Positions 26,217-35,417 of a stretch of DNA of 41,101 nucleotides are shown here, in pieces. The position numbers and the translations under genes were made by a program. Position 1 is the first letter of the stretch. The number at the start of each line of letters is the position of its first letter. The stretch comes from a virus (lineage: Duplodnaviria > Caudoviricetes), in the IMG/VR virus record IMGVR_UViG_3300048858_000041, positions 1 through 41,101 of that record. One strand, written 5' to 3'. The notes beneath the pieces are model-generated. The model was not told the origin of the DNA, did not search any database, and was given only the letters and a program-made list of their open reading frames with translations.

Positions 26217-26572
26217 AGCCCAGCCTCCCGCGCCAGCAGCAGGGCACCGCGCGATGGCAGCACTGCCGTGGTGCAGTGGCAGATCCAGGTCACCCCGCCC
26301 TCATCCAGTACGGGGTCTATGACGGTATGCACGCGATCGCCCTCTACGAACTGATCGCCCGTCCGGACCACCGCCACCACCGCCCGCTCGACGTGCAGCC
26401 GCGTGTTTGGCTGCGCGACACTGGTAAAGCCCATGGAGAACCGCTCATCCGGCGCTGATCTCAGCGCCTGGACGGGACGGGACTCCGCAGCGCCTTGCCG
26501 CGAGTAGAGCAGCGAAACGCCATGGGCGTTGGCCATGACAGCCGCAGCCCGCTGCCATGGGTCCATTGCCAT
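26213..26572 (-). CDS. head-tail joining protein (gpFII-like)
   Basis: Position and size (119 aa); APDE...F...GD.......V...V.D....W. Confidence 0.7.
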   Translation of the reverse strand: MAMDPWQRAAAVMANAHGVSLLYSRQGAAESRPVQALRSAPDERFSMGFTSVAQPNTRLHVERAVVAVVRTGDQFVEGDRVHTVIDPVLDEGGVTWICHCTTAVLPSRGALLLAREAGL

Positions 26573-26579
26573 AGCAGCC

Positions 26580-26918
26580 TCAGAACGCGCCGCTGAGCCG
26601 GACGCGCACCGTGGTGGCCGAGGATGCCTTCGGCTCCGTGGCCGCGCCGATCTTGGTGTTGTTGGTGGCCGTCTTGGTGCAGCGCTTGGCGGTGTCATCC
26701 CAGTAGACCAGCCCGCCGAAGCCGATGTCCTGGCCGGAGCCGGCGCCCTCGGCCAGCAGGTCAAAGACGCCCTGCACGTCGGCTTCGACGATCTCGCCCT
26801 GCGCTGCGGCGCTGTTCGCAACGGCGAAGATGCTCCCCACCAGCATGCCGGCGCCAGAGGCGACGGCATAGGGGGCGGGGAGCGGGATGGTGCGGCCTTC
26901 CTGCACAAAGTTGCGCAT
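26580..26918 (-). CDS. DUF2190 capsid decoration/cement protein
   Basis: MRNFVQEG..I...AP..VASG......G.IFAVA...GVFDL...VYWD....T..ATNNTKIG. Confidence 0.9.
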   Translation of the reverse strand: MRNFVQEGRTIPLPAPYAVASGAGMLVGSIFAVANSAAAQGEIVEADVQGVFDLLAEGAGSGQDIGFGGLVYWDDTAKRCTKTATNNTKIGAATEPKASSATTVRVRLSGAF

Positions 26919-26980
26919 GGGTCAGTCCCTCATGATGTCGGTTGAAGAGGAGAGGCGGCAGGCAGAGCCCGCCCGCCGGA

Positions 26981-28990
26981 TCAGGCCGCAGCGGCGCCCG
27001 GATCTTCCCAGGCACCCCGGTAGTCGATGGCGCCGACGGCAAAGTCCATGATGACCTTGATGTCGGTACCGTCGTGCTCGTGCGGGTTGGCCGTGGTCAC
27101 CTGCGGCCCCTCGGCGCCATCCAGGTAGCCGTAGACGTAGACCGGCGCGGCATCGGGATCGGCGAAGAGGTACCAGCGGTGCCCCTCGATATTCGCGTCC
27201 GACACCGGCGTCAGGCGGCCGGCGAAGGGGTTGACGTTGCCGATCTGCTGCGCCTGCACCGCCGCCAGCAGCTGCTCAGCCTCCAGCTCCTTGTCGGCGC
27301 CGGTGAGCAGGATACGCGGCGCGAGGTTCAGCGGCGTCTTGTCCTGGTTCTTCTGCTTGCGCACAGCGGCACGGCCGGCGCCGACGCTCTTGACCGTGAT
27401 GGCGCTACCCGCACCGGCCTTGTTGCCATGGTCGGCATGGAAGACCGTCTTGCCATCCGACAGGGCCGGGCCGTCGCCGTTGTTCGCGTTCACCACCGCA
27501 TAGGCGGCCGTGTTCTCGAACTCGCTGATACGGCGGCCGATCATCGCGCCAAAGTCGGCGAAGGCGCCGAGTTGGTCATTGATCAGCATCTGGCGCGTCA
27601 CGCGGAGGCGGCGGCCATAGGACGCCAGCTGCACCTTCTCCGCACTTTCGGAGATCGTGCCCACCTTGATCTCTCCGCCCTCGCCATACTTCAGCAGGGT
27701 CGGGAAATCGCCCACGTTGAGGAAGGCGTGCGGCGTGAAGTCCTGGAAGGTCTTGCGCTGCATGAAGGCGCGATAGGTCGGCACCGCCTGCGCATAGCCC
27801 ACCCGCAGCATGCGGTTCGTGGCGGCCGCCATCAGCAGCGGGAAGTCGCTGGTGGTGTGGAAGGAGCGCTCCGCGATATCGAGGCGGTTGCGCGGGTCCA
27901 CCGAGATGCCCCGCAGCCGCATCAGCTCGGCCGACATGTCGGACATCCGCCAGCCCGCATACTGCCGGAAGCGGTCGTCTGTGGGCTTGTGGCCGGGCAT
28001 GAAGCGGATGGCGATGGCGTCCGCCATGGCGTTGCGCACCGAGACCGGCTCGTCATGGGACGCGCCCACCTCAGCGATCGGCCCCTTGGGCGGCTTCGGG
28101 CTATTCTCGGCCAGCTTGTCCACGATGCGCGTGGCAGCCTGGTCCAGCGTCACACCGTCATTGACCAGCTGCTCGGCGAATTCGTCACCGAGGCTGAGCG
28201 CGCGGCAGCGCTTGCGGATCTCGGCCGAGCGCTGGCGCTCAGCCTGCACGGCCGCGTTCGCGTCCGGCGCGGCCGGCGGGTTGGCGGCGGGCGCGGAGGG
28301 CGCGCCGGAGTTTTCGGTACGGTCCGCCATGCGGGCCTCCATGGGTGCGGGCGTTTGGGCGCCCTGGGGGGTGGAAGGGGTTGCGGGCGGCGCCGACGGC
28401 GCGCCCCGGAAGGTGGCGCCGGCATCGGCCGGAGCGCCCACCAGGCTCAGCTCGAAGGGCTCCCAGTCCCGCGCGATCCAGCGCATGACCTGCCCATCGG
28501 TCTCGATCTTCTCCCAGGTCCGGACCGTGTAGCCGGCCGAGACGGAGCGGATGTGGCCGCCGGCGACCTTTGCTTCAGCGGCCTTGCCTTCCTCGCTGCC
28601 GCGATCGAAGCGGAGGCGCGCGACGCCGACACCGCTTTCGACGCGGGCGGTGCCCGGCATCACGCTACCGACCACGCTGGCGACGCGGTTCCAGTGGTCC
28701 AGCAACAGCGGCGCGCCGGCGTTCAGCCGCTCCAGCTTCGCGCCGCCCAGATCCAGCTCCTCGTCATAGGGCTTGTCCGACCACCAATCGTACCGGCGGA
28801 CAGCCACGCCCGTGGACCAGGTGACATCCACCTCGCCCTTCTCGGCGTCATAGGTGGCCGGAGCAAAGGTGAAGCTCTCATCCGCCAGGAGGCGCTTGCT
28901 GCCCTCCGGGTCGGCGTTTGGCATCGGCGCGCGGCGCACAAAGGCGTCGGCGCCGGCAGGGCCGCCTGGCCCGCCGGGTTTCTCGGCCAT
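26981..28990 (-). CDS. prohead protease-major capsid protein fusion
   Basis: N-terminal protease (APLLLDH, IRSVSAGY, WEPFELSLV..PAD), linker, then capsid (HTTSDFP.L, YGRRLRVTRQMLIND.LGAF, YGYLDG..GP, DFAVGAIDYRG). Confidence 0.93.
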   Translation of the reverse strand: MAEKPGGPGGPAGADAFVRRAPMPNADPEGSKRLLADESFTFAPATYDAEKGEVDVTWSTGVAVRRYDWWSDKPYDEELDLGGAKLERLNAGAPLLLDHWNRVASVVGSVMPGTARVESGVGVARLRFDRGSEEGKAAEAKVAGGHIRSVSAGYTVRTWEKIETDGQVMRWIARDWEPFELSLVGAPADAGATFRGAPSAPPATPSTPQGAQTPAPMEARMADRTENSGAPSAPAANPPAAPDANAAVQAERQRSAEIRKRCRALSLGDEFAEQLVNDGVTLDQAATRIVDKLAENSPKPPKGPIAEVGASHDEPVSVRNAMADAIAIRFMPGHKPTDDRFRQYAGWRMSDMSAELMRLRGISVDPRNRLDIAERSFHTTSDFPLLMAAATNRMLRVGYAQAVPTYRAFMQRKTFQDFTPHAFLNVGDFPTLLKYGEGGEIKVGTISESAEKVQLASYGRRLRVTRQMLINDQLGAFADFGAMIGRRISEFENTAAYAVVNANNGDGPALSDGKTVFHADHGNKAGAGSAITVKSVGAGRAAVRKQKNQDKTPLNLAPRILLTGADKELEAEQLLAAVQAQQIGNVNPFAGRLTPVSDANIEGHRWYLFADPDAAPVYVYGYLDGAEGPQVTTANPHEHDGTDIKVIMDFAVGAIDYRGAWEDPGAAAA

Positions 28991-29005
28991 GCCGATCTCC
29001 TGCTG

Positions 29006-30520
29006 TTACTGCTGCTGATTGGCCGGCGCTTCGTCCGCGTCGGCCTCTTTGGTGAGTGCGGCCGATGCCTCGGCCGCCTCGCGCGAGATCCGCCCCCGGC
29101 CTACCGGCATGCCGGCGTCCACCAGGCGCTGAGCCCATTCCATGATCTCGGCGAGCTGCGTCTCCGCATCCTCGCCGCGTGCCGCGACGGCATCCGGCCA
29201 GGTGGTCAGGCCGAGATCCATCTCCTCCCGCAGGGCCGAGATTTCCTTGAGCGGGTCCGTCCAGGCCCGCTTGGGGAAGCCCCATTTCACCGCAGGGAGG
29301 ATGCCGCCCTGCGTGCGCCCGGCGGCGTACCGAGCGATTCCGAAGCGCCGCCAGACCGACCGCAGCACCTTGTCGTGGACCATGTGCCACTGCCAGACAT
29401 CCAGCAGCTCCCAGAACAGGAGCTTGCCCTCGCGCAGGCTGCTGTAGTTGGCCTGCCGCAGGTCTCCGGTCAGGCTGGCATGCGGCATGCCGAGACCGGC
29501 CGCGATGGCATAGAGCCTGGTCCGCCAGAAGACCTCGAAGTTGTCGTCGCGCGGCGGCTGCAAGGAGCTGATCTCTTCGCCGTCCTTCGCGATCAGCTCC
29601 ATGCCCGGGGCGATCCGGGACACAGGACGCCCCTGCGCGTCTTTCTTCGGCGCCGCCATGGAGGACTGCGACGGCGGCGCCGGAAGCTTCCGGACGATAC
29701 CGTAACTGGCCGCCATGCGGGCCTTCCACAGTGCCGCGGTGTCGTACTGCTGCAGCTCGTCGGCCGAGAGCGCGACCGGCGCCAGCCAGGGCACGCCGCG
29801 CCGCTGCCCGAGCCACAGCGGCTCGAAGATCAGGTCCACATGCTTGGCGTCCACCCGCCGGCTTTCCACCGGCCGGCCGTAGAGGGTGTCCATCGGGTGC
29901 CGGTCGTACAGCCAGTAGGCGACCACCCGACCGTCCTCATTCACCTCGACACCGTTGACGATGGCGTTGCCATGCAGGGCGCCATTGGTCCGCGTGCGAT
30001 CGATGTATTCCGGCGGCAGCATGCGCCAGCGCAGCGGCACCTGCAGGTTCGCCTTGGCTGGCGTGCTCTCCCAAACGATCAGGCCATCGCCGGCTTCCAC
30101 GATGGTGCGAACCAGGAGCGCCAGGTCAGCGTCCCAGCTGGCGGTCCCCAGCGCATTGCCCTCCTCCCGGAACCAGTCCCAATCGGATTGCACCGCGTCG
30201 CGCGCCCGCCCCTTCTTCATCTGCAGGCTGGCGGTGACGCCGGAGCCGATGATGGAGGCCGGCAGCCGCCGCAGCGCCGAGACGGCCCAAGGGTTGTTGC
30301 GCACCAGGTCGCGTGACCGGTTCGTCAGCGTCCGACTGGCGCCCGAGAGCACCTCGTTTTGCGAGGCGCCCGTGGCGATCCAGCCTTGCGACTGGCGATC
30401 GACGCGGCCGGCCGCATAGCTGCGCTGGCCGGCCGCGTCGCCCAGCAGCTCACGCTGCATCTGCCGGCGCAGCCCAGCGCCGGGGCTGAACCACCCGATG
30501 GCCCTGTCCAACATGTTCAT
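29006..30520 (-). CDS. portal protein, lambda family
   Basis: RSRDLVRNN, GVEV...GR.VAYW, QRRGVPW, LTGDL..ANYSS.R, W.DPLKE. Confidence 0.95.
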   Translation of the reverse strand: MNMLDRAIGWFSPGAGLRRQMQRELLGDAAGQRSYAAGRVDRQSQGWIATGASQNEVLSGASRTLTNRSRDLVRNNPWAVSALRRLPASIIGSGVTASLQMKKGRARDAVQSDWDWFREEGNALGTASWDADLALLVRTIVEAGDGLIVWESTPAKANLQVPLRWRMLPPEYIDRTRTNGALHGNAIVNGVEVNEDGRVVAYWLYDRHPMDTLYGRPVESRRVDAKHVDLIFEPLWLGQRRGVPWLAPVALSADELQQYDTAALWKARMAASYGIVRKLPAPPSQSSMAAPKKDAQGRPVSRIAPGMELIAKDGEEISSLQPPRDDNFEVFWRTRLYAIAAGLGMPHASLTGDLRQANYSSLREGKLLFWELLDVWQWHMVHDKVLRSVWRRFGIARYAAGRTQGGILPAVKWGFPKRAWTDPLKEISALREEMDLGLTTWPDAVAARGEDAETQLAEIMEWAQRLVDAGMPVGRGRISREAAEASAALTKEADADEAPANQQQ

Positions 30521-30523
30521 GGG

Positions 30524-30751
30524 TCAGAACCGCTCGAAGTGGGTGTACACGGCGCCCGGCGGGTCGGCCGAGGCGAGGAGACCGCGCGCCCGCAGATCGG
30601 TCTCGATCAGCGTAATCGCCGTCATCAGTTCAGTGAGGCTGGAGTACCGCAGCCGCCGCCCGTCGGCGAAGGTGGTCTCCAGCACACCCATGGCGGCCAT
30701 CTCGCGGAGCCCGTTGAGGTGCTCCACCGTCCAGCCGGAGCTGCCGCTCAT
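30524..30751 (-). CDS. gpW-like head-tail joining protein
   Basis: Between TerL and portal; L....A.G......DGR...Y.SL.EL. Confidence 0.8.
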   Translation of the reverse strand: MSGSSGWTVEHLNGLREMAAMGVLETTFADGRRLRYSSLTELMTAITLIETDLRARGLLASADPPGAVYTHFERF

Positions 30752-30777
30752 GCCGATGCTCCTGTTCTCGGTTGTTG

Positions 30778-32850
30778 CTACCAGTCGCGATGCTCCGGCC
30801 AGGCCGGCGTCGCCGCCCAATCCGACGGATCTTCCACCTCAGCCGGCGCCTCAGACGCCGCTGGGGCGGCTGGCTCCTCTTCCTGCCGTGGTGGCAGGCT
30901 CTCCAGCAGGCTAGGCGCCCAGAGCGACGCCAGGTCGCCCTGCAGGCCATCCGCCGAACCCAGGCGCTCCGCCGCCAGATCGTCCCAGGTGCTTTCGACA
31001 AAGGACGCCGTCTCATGCCGCGCGAGAGCGCGGGAGTAGACCGCCATGTCCCACTGTTCGTTCGCCCGGCGGATGCGCGTCCACTCACGCCGCTTGAATC
31101 CGTTCCGCACCTCGACTTCGAGGCAAGCTTCCGCCGTCATCTGCTCGAAGAAGCTGAGATCGCATTCCTGCGCGAAGCGGGCCGCGCCCTGAGGCCAGAC
31201 GCCGTCGGCATCCGGCCCCATCTCTGTCAACCGCAGGGCCGAAGCCAGTTCCGATTTGATGCCCCAGGTACCCACGGGCCAGAGCAGCACCTCGCCGATC
31301 TTGCGACCCTGATAGTCCACGTCCATCGCCTTCGGCGTGCCGAGAGCAGGCCGCCCCCAGCCGCTGAGACCGTCCAGCGCCAGGATGCGCGGCTCGGCGC
31401 GGTGCGCCTGGCGCCGCACCCAGGCATAGACCCGAGGCGAGAGGAAGCCGGTATCGACACCGAAAGCCTGGATCGGCCATTCCCGCCCCCAGGCATCCGG
31501 GTAGCGGCGGCGCGTCACCGCCTCCAGTTCGTCCCAGACAGGCGGGAAGTTCGGATCGCCGATCAGGATCCCGCCATCGATCCAGTACTGGCCGAAGTGG
31601 CGGTCATAGCCATAGACCGCCCATTCGATGCGGTTGCCCTGCACGTCGGCCGCACCGGTGAGGAACAGCACCCCAGGCGGGATGCGGCCCCGCTGCCAGG
31701 GATCGCGGCGGCGCCACAGCGCCTCATGCGACGGCACATCGTGCCGCTCCTCGTACTCCAGCCCCAGCACCTGGCGGCAGAACTGCTTCTCTGCCTGCGG
31801 GTCGCCCTTCGCCTCCAGCCACTCATGGGCGATGTCATCCCAGGTGCTGAGCGGCGAGTAGGCGCGCCAGATGAAGAAGCCCTTGCGCATATGTGGCGCC
31901 TGCCGCGCCTCCCAGCGCTCCAGATCCTCCGCCGCGAAGGCCTCCGGAGGCGCCGGATCCTCCTCCGTGCCAGGATAGCAGCGGATCCAGACGCCACGGC
32001 GGACCATGTCCCGCTTCTCGAAGGGCTCGATCTCGCAGTTCTTCGCGGCGCAGAGCATGTAGGCGCCATAGGGCGCTGTTTCGCTGCGCCACTTGAAGCG
32101 GTCCCAGGTCAGCGTCTGGTAGGCGCCGCACACCGGGCAGGGCACGTAGTATCGCGCCTGGTCCGATGCCTCATAGAGCGCCGAGATCCGGCAGCTGCCT
32201 TTGATGCCAGGCGTGCTGACGAAGTAGATCTTGCGGTTCTTCGAGTAGCCTTCGGTCCGCTGGCGCAGGGCGGCGACGGGATCGCCCATCCCCTGCACGT
32301 TATCCTCGTACTCCGTCACCTCTTCGCAGATCAGCGCCCGCACCGAGATGGTCTGCATGTCAGCCGAGGAATTGGCGCCGACGATGGTGATGGAGCCGTT
32401 GCGGAAGTTCTTCTCCTGGCTGGTGGACGCCTCGCCGCCGCCGGCCCGCTGCCGATACACGGCCTGGCGGGTCTCCGGCGTGGCCGCGATCGCCTTGTCC
32501 AGCTTCTTCGCGGTCCAGCGCCGCGCCGTCTGCACCGTCGGCAGCGCCACCAGCGCCGCCAGCGGTGTCTTATGGACGATGCTGCAAAGCCAGTTCAGGC
32601 CGATCTCTGTGGCGCCGAGCTGCGCGCTTTTCTTGAACGCCACCTCGCGGCAGGGGTTCGAGAAGCTGAGGCAGTCCATTGGCTCAGTCAGGTACGGAGC
32701 GAACTCGTTGCTCCAGAGGCCGGGCTTCGGCGAGGCATCGTCCGCGATCATGCGGTACTGGGCCGCCCATTCCGACACCAGCACCGATGGCGCCGGCGCG
32801 AACGCAGTGGCCAGCGCCTCGCAGTATTGCTCGCGGGCGATCGCGCTCAT
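30778..32850 (-). CDS. terminase large subunit, GpA (lambda) family
   Basis: SEWA..YR, APYL.EPMD, KSAQLGATE, VSTP, SDQ..Y.VPCP.CG, LTGAADVQ, NEQWD..VY. Confidence 0.95.
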   Translation of the reverse strand: MSAIAREQYCEALATAFAPAPSVLVSEWAAQYRMIADDASPKPGLWSNEFAPYLTEPMDCLSFSNPCREVAFKKSAQLGATEIGLNWLCSIVHKTPLAALVALPTVQTARRWTAKKLDKAIAATPETRQAVYRQRAGGGEASTSQEKNFRNGSITIVGANSSADMQTISVRALICEEVTEYEDNVQGMGDPVAALRQRTEGYSKNRKIYFVSTPGIKGSCRISALYEASDQARYYVPCPVCGAYQTLTWDRFKWRSETAPYGAYMLCAAKNCEIEPFEKRDMVRRGVWIRCYPGTEEDPAPPEAFAAEDLERWEARQAPHMRKGFFIWRAYSPLSTWDDIAHEWLEAKGDPQAEKQFCRQVLGLEYEERHDVPSHEALWRRRDPWQRGRIPPGVLFLTGAADVQGNRIEWAVYGYDRHFGQYWIDGGILIGDPNFPPVWDELEAVTRRRYPDAWGREWPIQAFGVDTGFLSPRVYAWVRRQAHRAEPRILALDGLSGWGRPALGTPKAMDVDYQGRKIGEVLLWPVGTWGIKSELASALRLTEMGPDADGVWPQGAARFAQECDLSFFEQMTAEACLEVEVRNGFKRREWTRIRRANEQWDMAVYSRALARHETASFVESTWDDLAAERLGSADGLQGDLASLWAPSLLESLPPRQEEEPAAPAASEAPAEVEDPSDWAATPAWPEHRDW

Positions 32851-33404
32851 GCTGCCTCGGCGCCCCCTTGCCCCTCTGGCTGCGCTGCCTTCCGCAGAGC
32901 GGTGCAGAAGGAAGTCAGCATCTCGTTGATCCGCGCCTGCAGCACGACTTCAATGCGGTCCGGATCGGACTCGCGCGCCAGCTCCACCGCCACCTGCGCG
33001 GGCAGGCCGGACCATTCGGAGCGGGCGATCGCGGCAACCTTCACCGCCAGATCCACCATCACCGCGATATCGACGCGCAGCTTATCGTCCTCCGCGATCC
33101 TGCGGCGGAGCAGCTCGTTCTGGAGGCGCTTGTTCTCCGCGACCTCTGACGTTGTGGACGCGGTCCGCGCCACGGGGGGCGGCTCCGCCGCCGAGATCGG
33201 CGTGAGAAGCGACGCCTGCGCTTCCTGGGGGGCGCCCCGCACCATCAGGGGGTTAAGTTCGGCGGCGCGGCGCTCGCGGAAGGCCTCCAGATCGAAGCGC
33301 CGGTCCGCGCCCACCAGCCCCCACTCGCGAGACTGGCGCGACACGGTGGACTTCGAGATGCCGAGCGCGACGGCGGCCTCGGAGACCGTGACCCGTTGCA
33401 CCAT
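32847..33404 (-). CDS. terminase small subunit
   Basis: N-terminal HTH (VSEAAVALGISKSTVSR) and coiled coil; ATGA-coupled to TerL. Confidence 0.85.
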   Translation of the reverse strand: MVQRVTVSEAAVALGISKSTVSRQSREWGLVGADRRFDLEAFRERRAAELNPLMVRGAPQEAQASLLTPISAAEPPPVARTASTTSEVAENKRLQNELLRRRIAEDDKLRVDIAVMVDLAVKVAAIARSEWSGLPAQVAVELARESDPDRIEVVLQARINEMLTSFCTALRKAAQPEGQGGAEAA

Positions 33405-33560
33405 CTCAGACCTCTATGTCGGTTGTTGCGCTGTTGCACGAGGCTGTTGCAGCCGTTGCAGCCGTTGCACCAAATCGCGGAAGCCGGACAAGCGAATGCG
33501 CAGGGTCCGAACCACTGTGATCGCTTTTCGGCTGGGAGGGACCCGCCGGGGCGACCGCCG
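33395..33560. promoter_or_regulatory. candidate cos/packaging region with GTTGCA repeats
   Basis: GTTGCA at 33395, 33433, 33446, 33455 and 33464 (plus GTTGCG at 33425), at and just upstream of the terS start, where cos lies in lambda-like phages. Confidence 0.4.
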
Positions 33561-33655
33561 GGCCAATACTTTAGCGATACGCAACTATATTACTTGAAAT
33601 CAGGCCCCACGGTAATATTCGTGCGCATGTTGGAGGGCTCTGGGCGGGCCGACCG

Positions 33656-34405
33656 TCAGCGCAGAGCCCTCGCCATCGCGGCCTCGAAGTTGGGGCCGAG
33701 GCGCGCCTGGATGGTCTGCCGGGCGATGCCGTGCCAGTCCAGGCGCCGCTTGTACTGCGGCCGACGCTTCATGAAGAAGTAGACTGGAAGCGGGCGGCCA
33801 TAGGCATTGCGCCGGTAGATGCCAGGGGCCAGGGCGTTGCCGGAGAGATCCATCTCTTCGCCCATGGCGAACACAGCGAAGTATTCCGTCACCGGCTTGC
33901 TGCGTCGGCGGCGCTTGCCCCGGCGCGCCGCACGATTGTCGCCCCGCAGTAGTACACCCAACTGAGACAGGATGCGGGTAAGCTCACCGCGGCTGGGGTT
34001 GCCGTAGCCGTCATACTGAGCGAAGCGGGCCGGCATCATGTAGAGCGCGCCACCACCAGGCCGCAGATCCTGCAGGCGCAACTCACTGCGCTTCTGAGCG
34101 CGGGGGCCGCCGTTGACCTGCGTGCCGATCATCTGCTCTGGGCTGCCGCCCCGCAAGTTGCCAGTGCGCTCCCGGAAGGTGACCTCGGCCTGCAGGCGCT
34201 CCCGCCGCGCCCAGACGATGGTGGTGCTGTTCAGCACGTAGGGGACGGGCTGATAGAACACCCGCCGCATCTCGGCTTTCAGCGCCTGCTGCACTTCCTG
34301 CGCCGTGGCGTTCAGCGCCCTGGCGGCCGCATCGGGCAGCCGGCGGGAGTTGGCCTGCATGGTGGCGACGAGCTGCTCGATCGGCAGATTGATGCCCACC
34401 CGCAT
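33656..34405 (-). CDS. phage morphogenesis protein (gpZ/HK97-gp10-like neck or tail-completion candidate)
   Basis: AAARALNATA...M..VF..P....LNS; first gene after the late promoter. Confidence 0.6.
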   Translation of the reverse strand: MRVGINLPIEQLVATMQANSRRLPDAAARALNATAQEVQQALKAEMRRVFYQPVPYVLNSTTIVWARRERLQAEVTFRERTGNLRGGSPEQMIGTQVNGGPRAQKRSELRLQDLRPGGGALYMMPARFAQYDGYGNPSRGELTRILSQLGVLLRGDNRAARRGKRRRRSKPVTEYFAVFAMGEEMDLSGNALAPGIYRRNAYGRPLPVYFFMKRRPQYKRRLDWHGIARQTIQARLGPNFEAAMARALR

Positions 34406-34420
34406 GCGCCGCCCCCTTGT

Positions 34421-34457
34421 AAACAGAAACGCCCGGAAGGCTGGTGCCGTCCGGGCG
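34421..34457 (-). terminator. tR'-like terminator downstream of the late promoter
   Basis: Minus strand cgcccgga-c-ggc-acca-gcc-t-tccgggcg followed by tttctgttt. Confidence 0.65.
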
Positions 34458-34477
34458 CAATTCTCAACTATGGCAAT

Positions 34478-34507
34478 TTGGTAGGCTGGAACCGTCCCAG
34501 GCGTCAA
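34478..34507 (-). promoter_or_regulatory. putative late promoter (pR'-like)
   Basis: TTGACG (34507-34502)-N18-TACCAA at the end of the Q-like gene, upstream of the terminator. Confidence 0.45.
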
Positions 34508-35151
34508 GCAGCATCAGCGGCCGCGATTGCCAGGGCGCCGGGGCTGGCCACCCAGCCCGCGAGCCAGGCGTAGTGCCAGAGGCCCTCCTGGAGGAGGTTG
34601 ATGGCGCGGGGCCGCCGGATGCCGCAGCGCGTTGCCACCTGCTGCGGCCCCTCGCCGGCAACGCAGACCCGGATAGTCAGCGTGAACAGGCTGACGGTCT
34701 GGCCACGGTTGACCCAGATACCGTCGGCCCACGCCTTCCAGGGCTGGTACCGCTCCACCACCGGCGCACCGAAGCGGGCCGGGACCAGCTCCCCATTCGG
34801 CAGGTAGACCATCGGGCAGTACCCGCCGACGCCGCACGAGCCGGTGCTCATCAGCATTTCGTACAGTTCCCGGATCTCATGCCCGGCATGCACCGAGGCC
34901 GGCGGCAGGTGCCCCTTGTCCGCGATGTAGTGCAGGCTGTCCCGGTAAAGCGTGACACCTGGACCGCGCACCGGCTCAGCACCGGAACGCAGCGCCGGGT
35001 CGCGCAGCTCCTGCGCCGTCGCTCGCAGATCGTCCGCCGCCGCAGCGATGCCATCGACGCGAGCGGCGGCGACGCTACCCGCAGGGGTGTGCAGGTGCCG
35101 GAAGTCCCTCGAAGAAAGCGGCTGGTCATTGATCTTCAGCGTCAGAGCCAT
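34504..35151 (-). CDS. late-gene activator / antiterminator Q-like protein
   Basis: Between replication and late genes; C-terminal HTH-like RVCVAGEGPQQVATRCGIRRPRAINLLQEGLWHYA; followed by a promoter and terminator. Confidence 0.6.
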   Translation of the reverse strand: MALTLKINDQPLSSRDFRHLHTPAGSVAAARVDGIAAAADDLRATAQELRDPALRSGAEPVRGPGVTLYRDSLHYIADKGHLPPASVHAGHEIRELYEMLMSTGSCGVGGYCPMVYLPNGELVPARFGAPVVERYQPWKAWADGIWVNRGQTVSLFTLTIRVCVAGEGPQQVATRCGIRRPRAINLLQEGLWHYAWLAGWVASPGALAIAAADAA

Positions 35152-35172
35152 GGGGAGGAAGCTCCTTTGAGC

Positions 35173-35397
35173 CTGTTCCACCCTGTTCCAGTCCCTGTTC
35201 CGTATAACCCTTTAATATTTATAGGTATGGAACAGTGGAACAGTGGAACAGGGGGATTCACGTAAAGAGAAGCGGGAGACGACGGAAGATCACCCCTATT
35301 CGCATAAGGGGATTTTGGCTGTTCCAGCGTTCCACTGTTCCAGAGCTAATGTTTTCATGGAGTTACGCGGAACAGGCGGTGGAACCGGGCGGAACAG
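35173..35397. repeat. putative lytic replication origin: 12 CTGTTCCA-type octamers in dyad arrangement
   Basis: Forward at 35173, 35183, 35195; reverse at 35228, 35236, 35244; forward at 35319, 35327, 35335; reverse at 35368, 35380, 35390; 25-bp AT-rich gaps. Confidence 0.75.
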
Positions 35398-35417
35398 ACC
35401 CTGGGGCGCGGGCCTGA

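Noticed and set aside
26942-33597. Very long plus-strand ORFs (26942..30316, 30772..33597) and similar ones such as 881..1861, 10835..12301, 18494..19849 and 22883..24367
   Set aside because: Antisense shadows of well-supported genes in high-GC DNA, with no recognisable motifs
35173-35397. CRISPR array interpretation of the repeats here, at 4665-5335 or at the par arrays
   Set aside because: Units are 8-9 bp, orientations are mixed or spacings too long, and no cas genes are present
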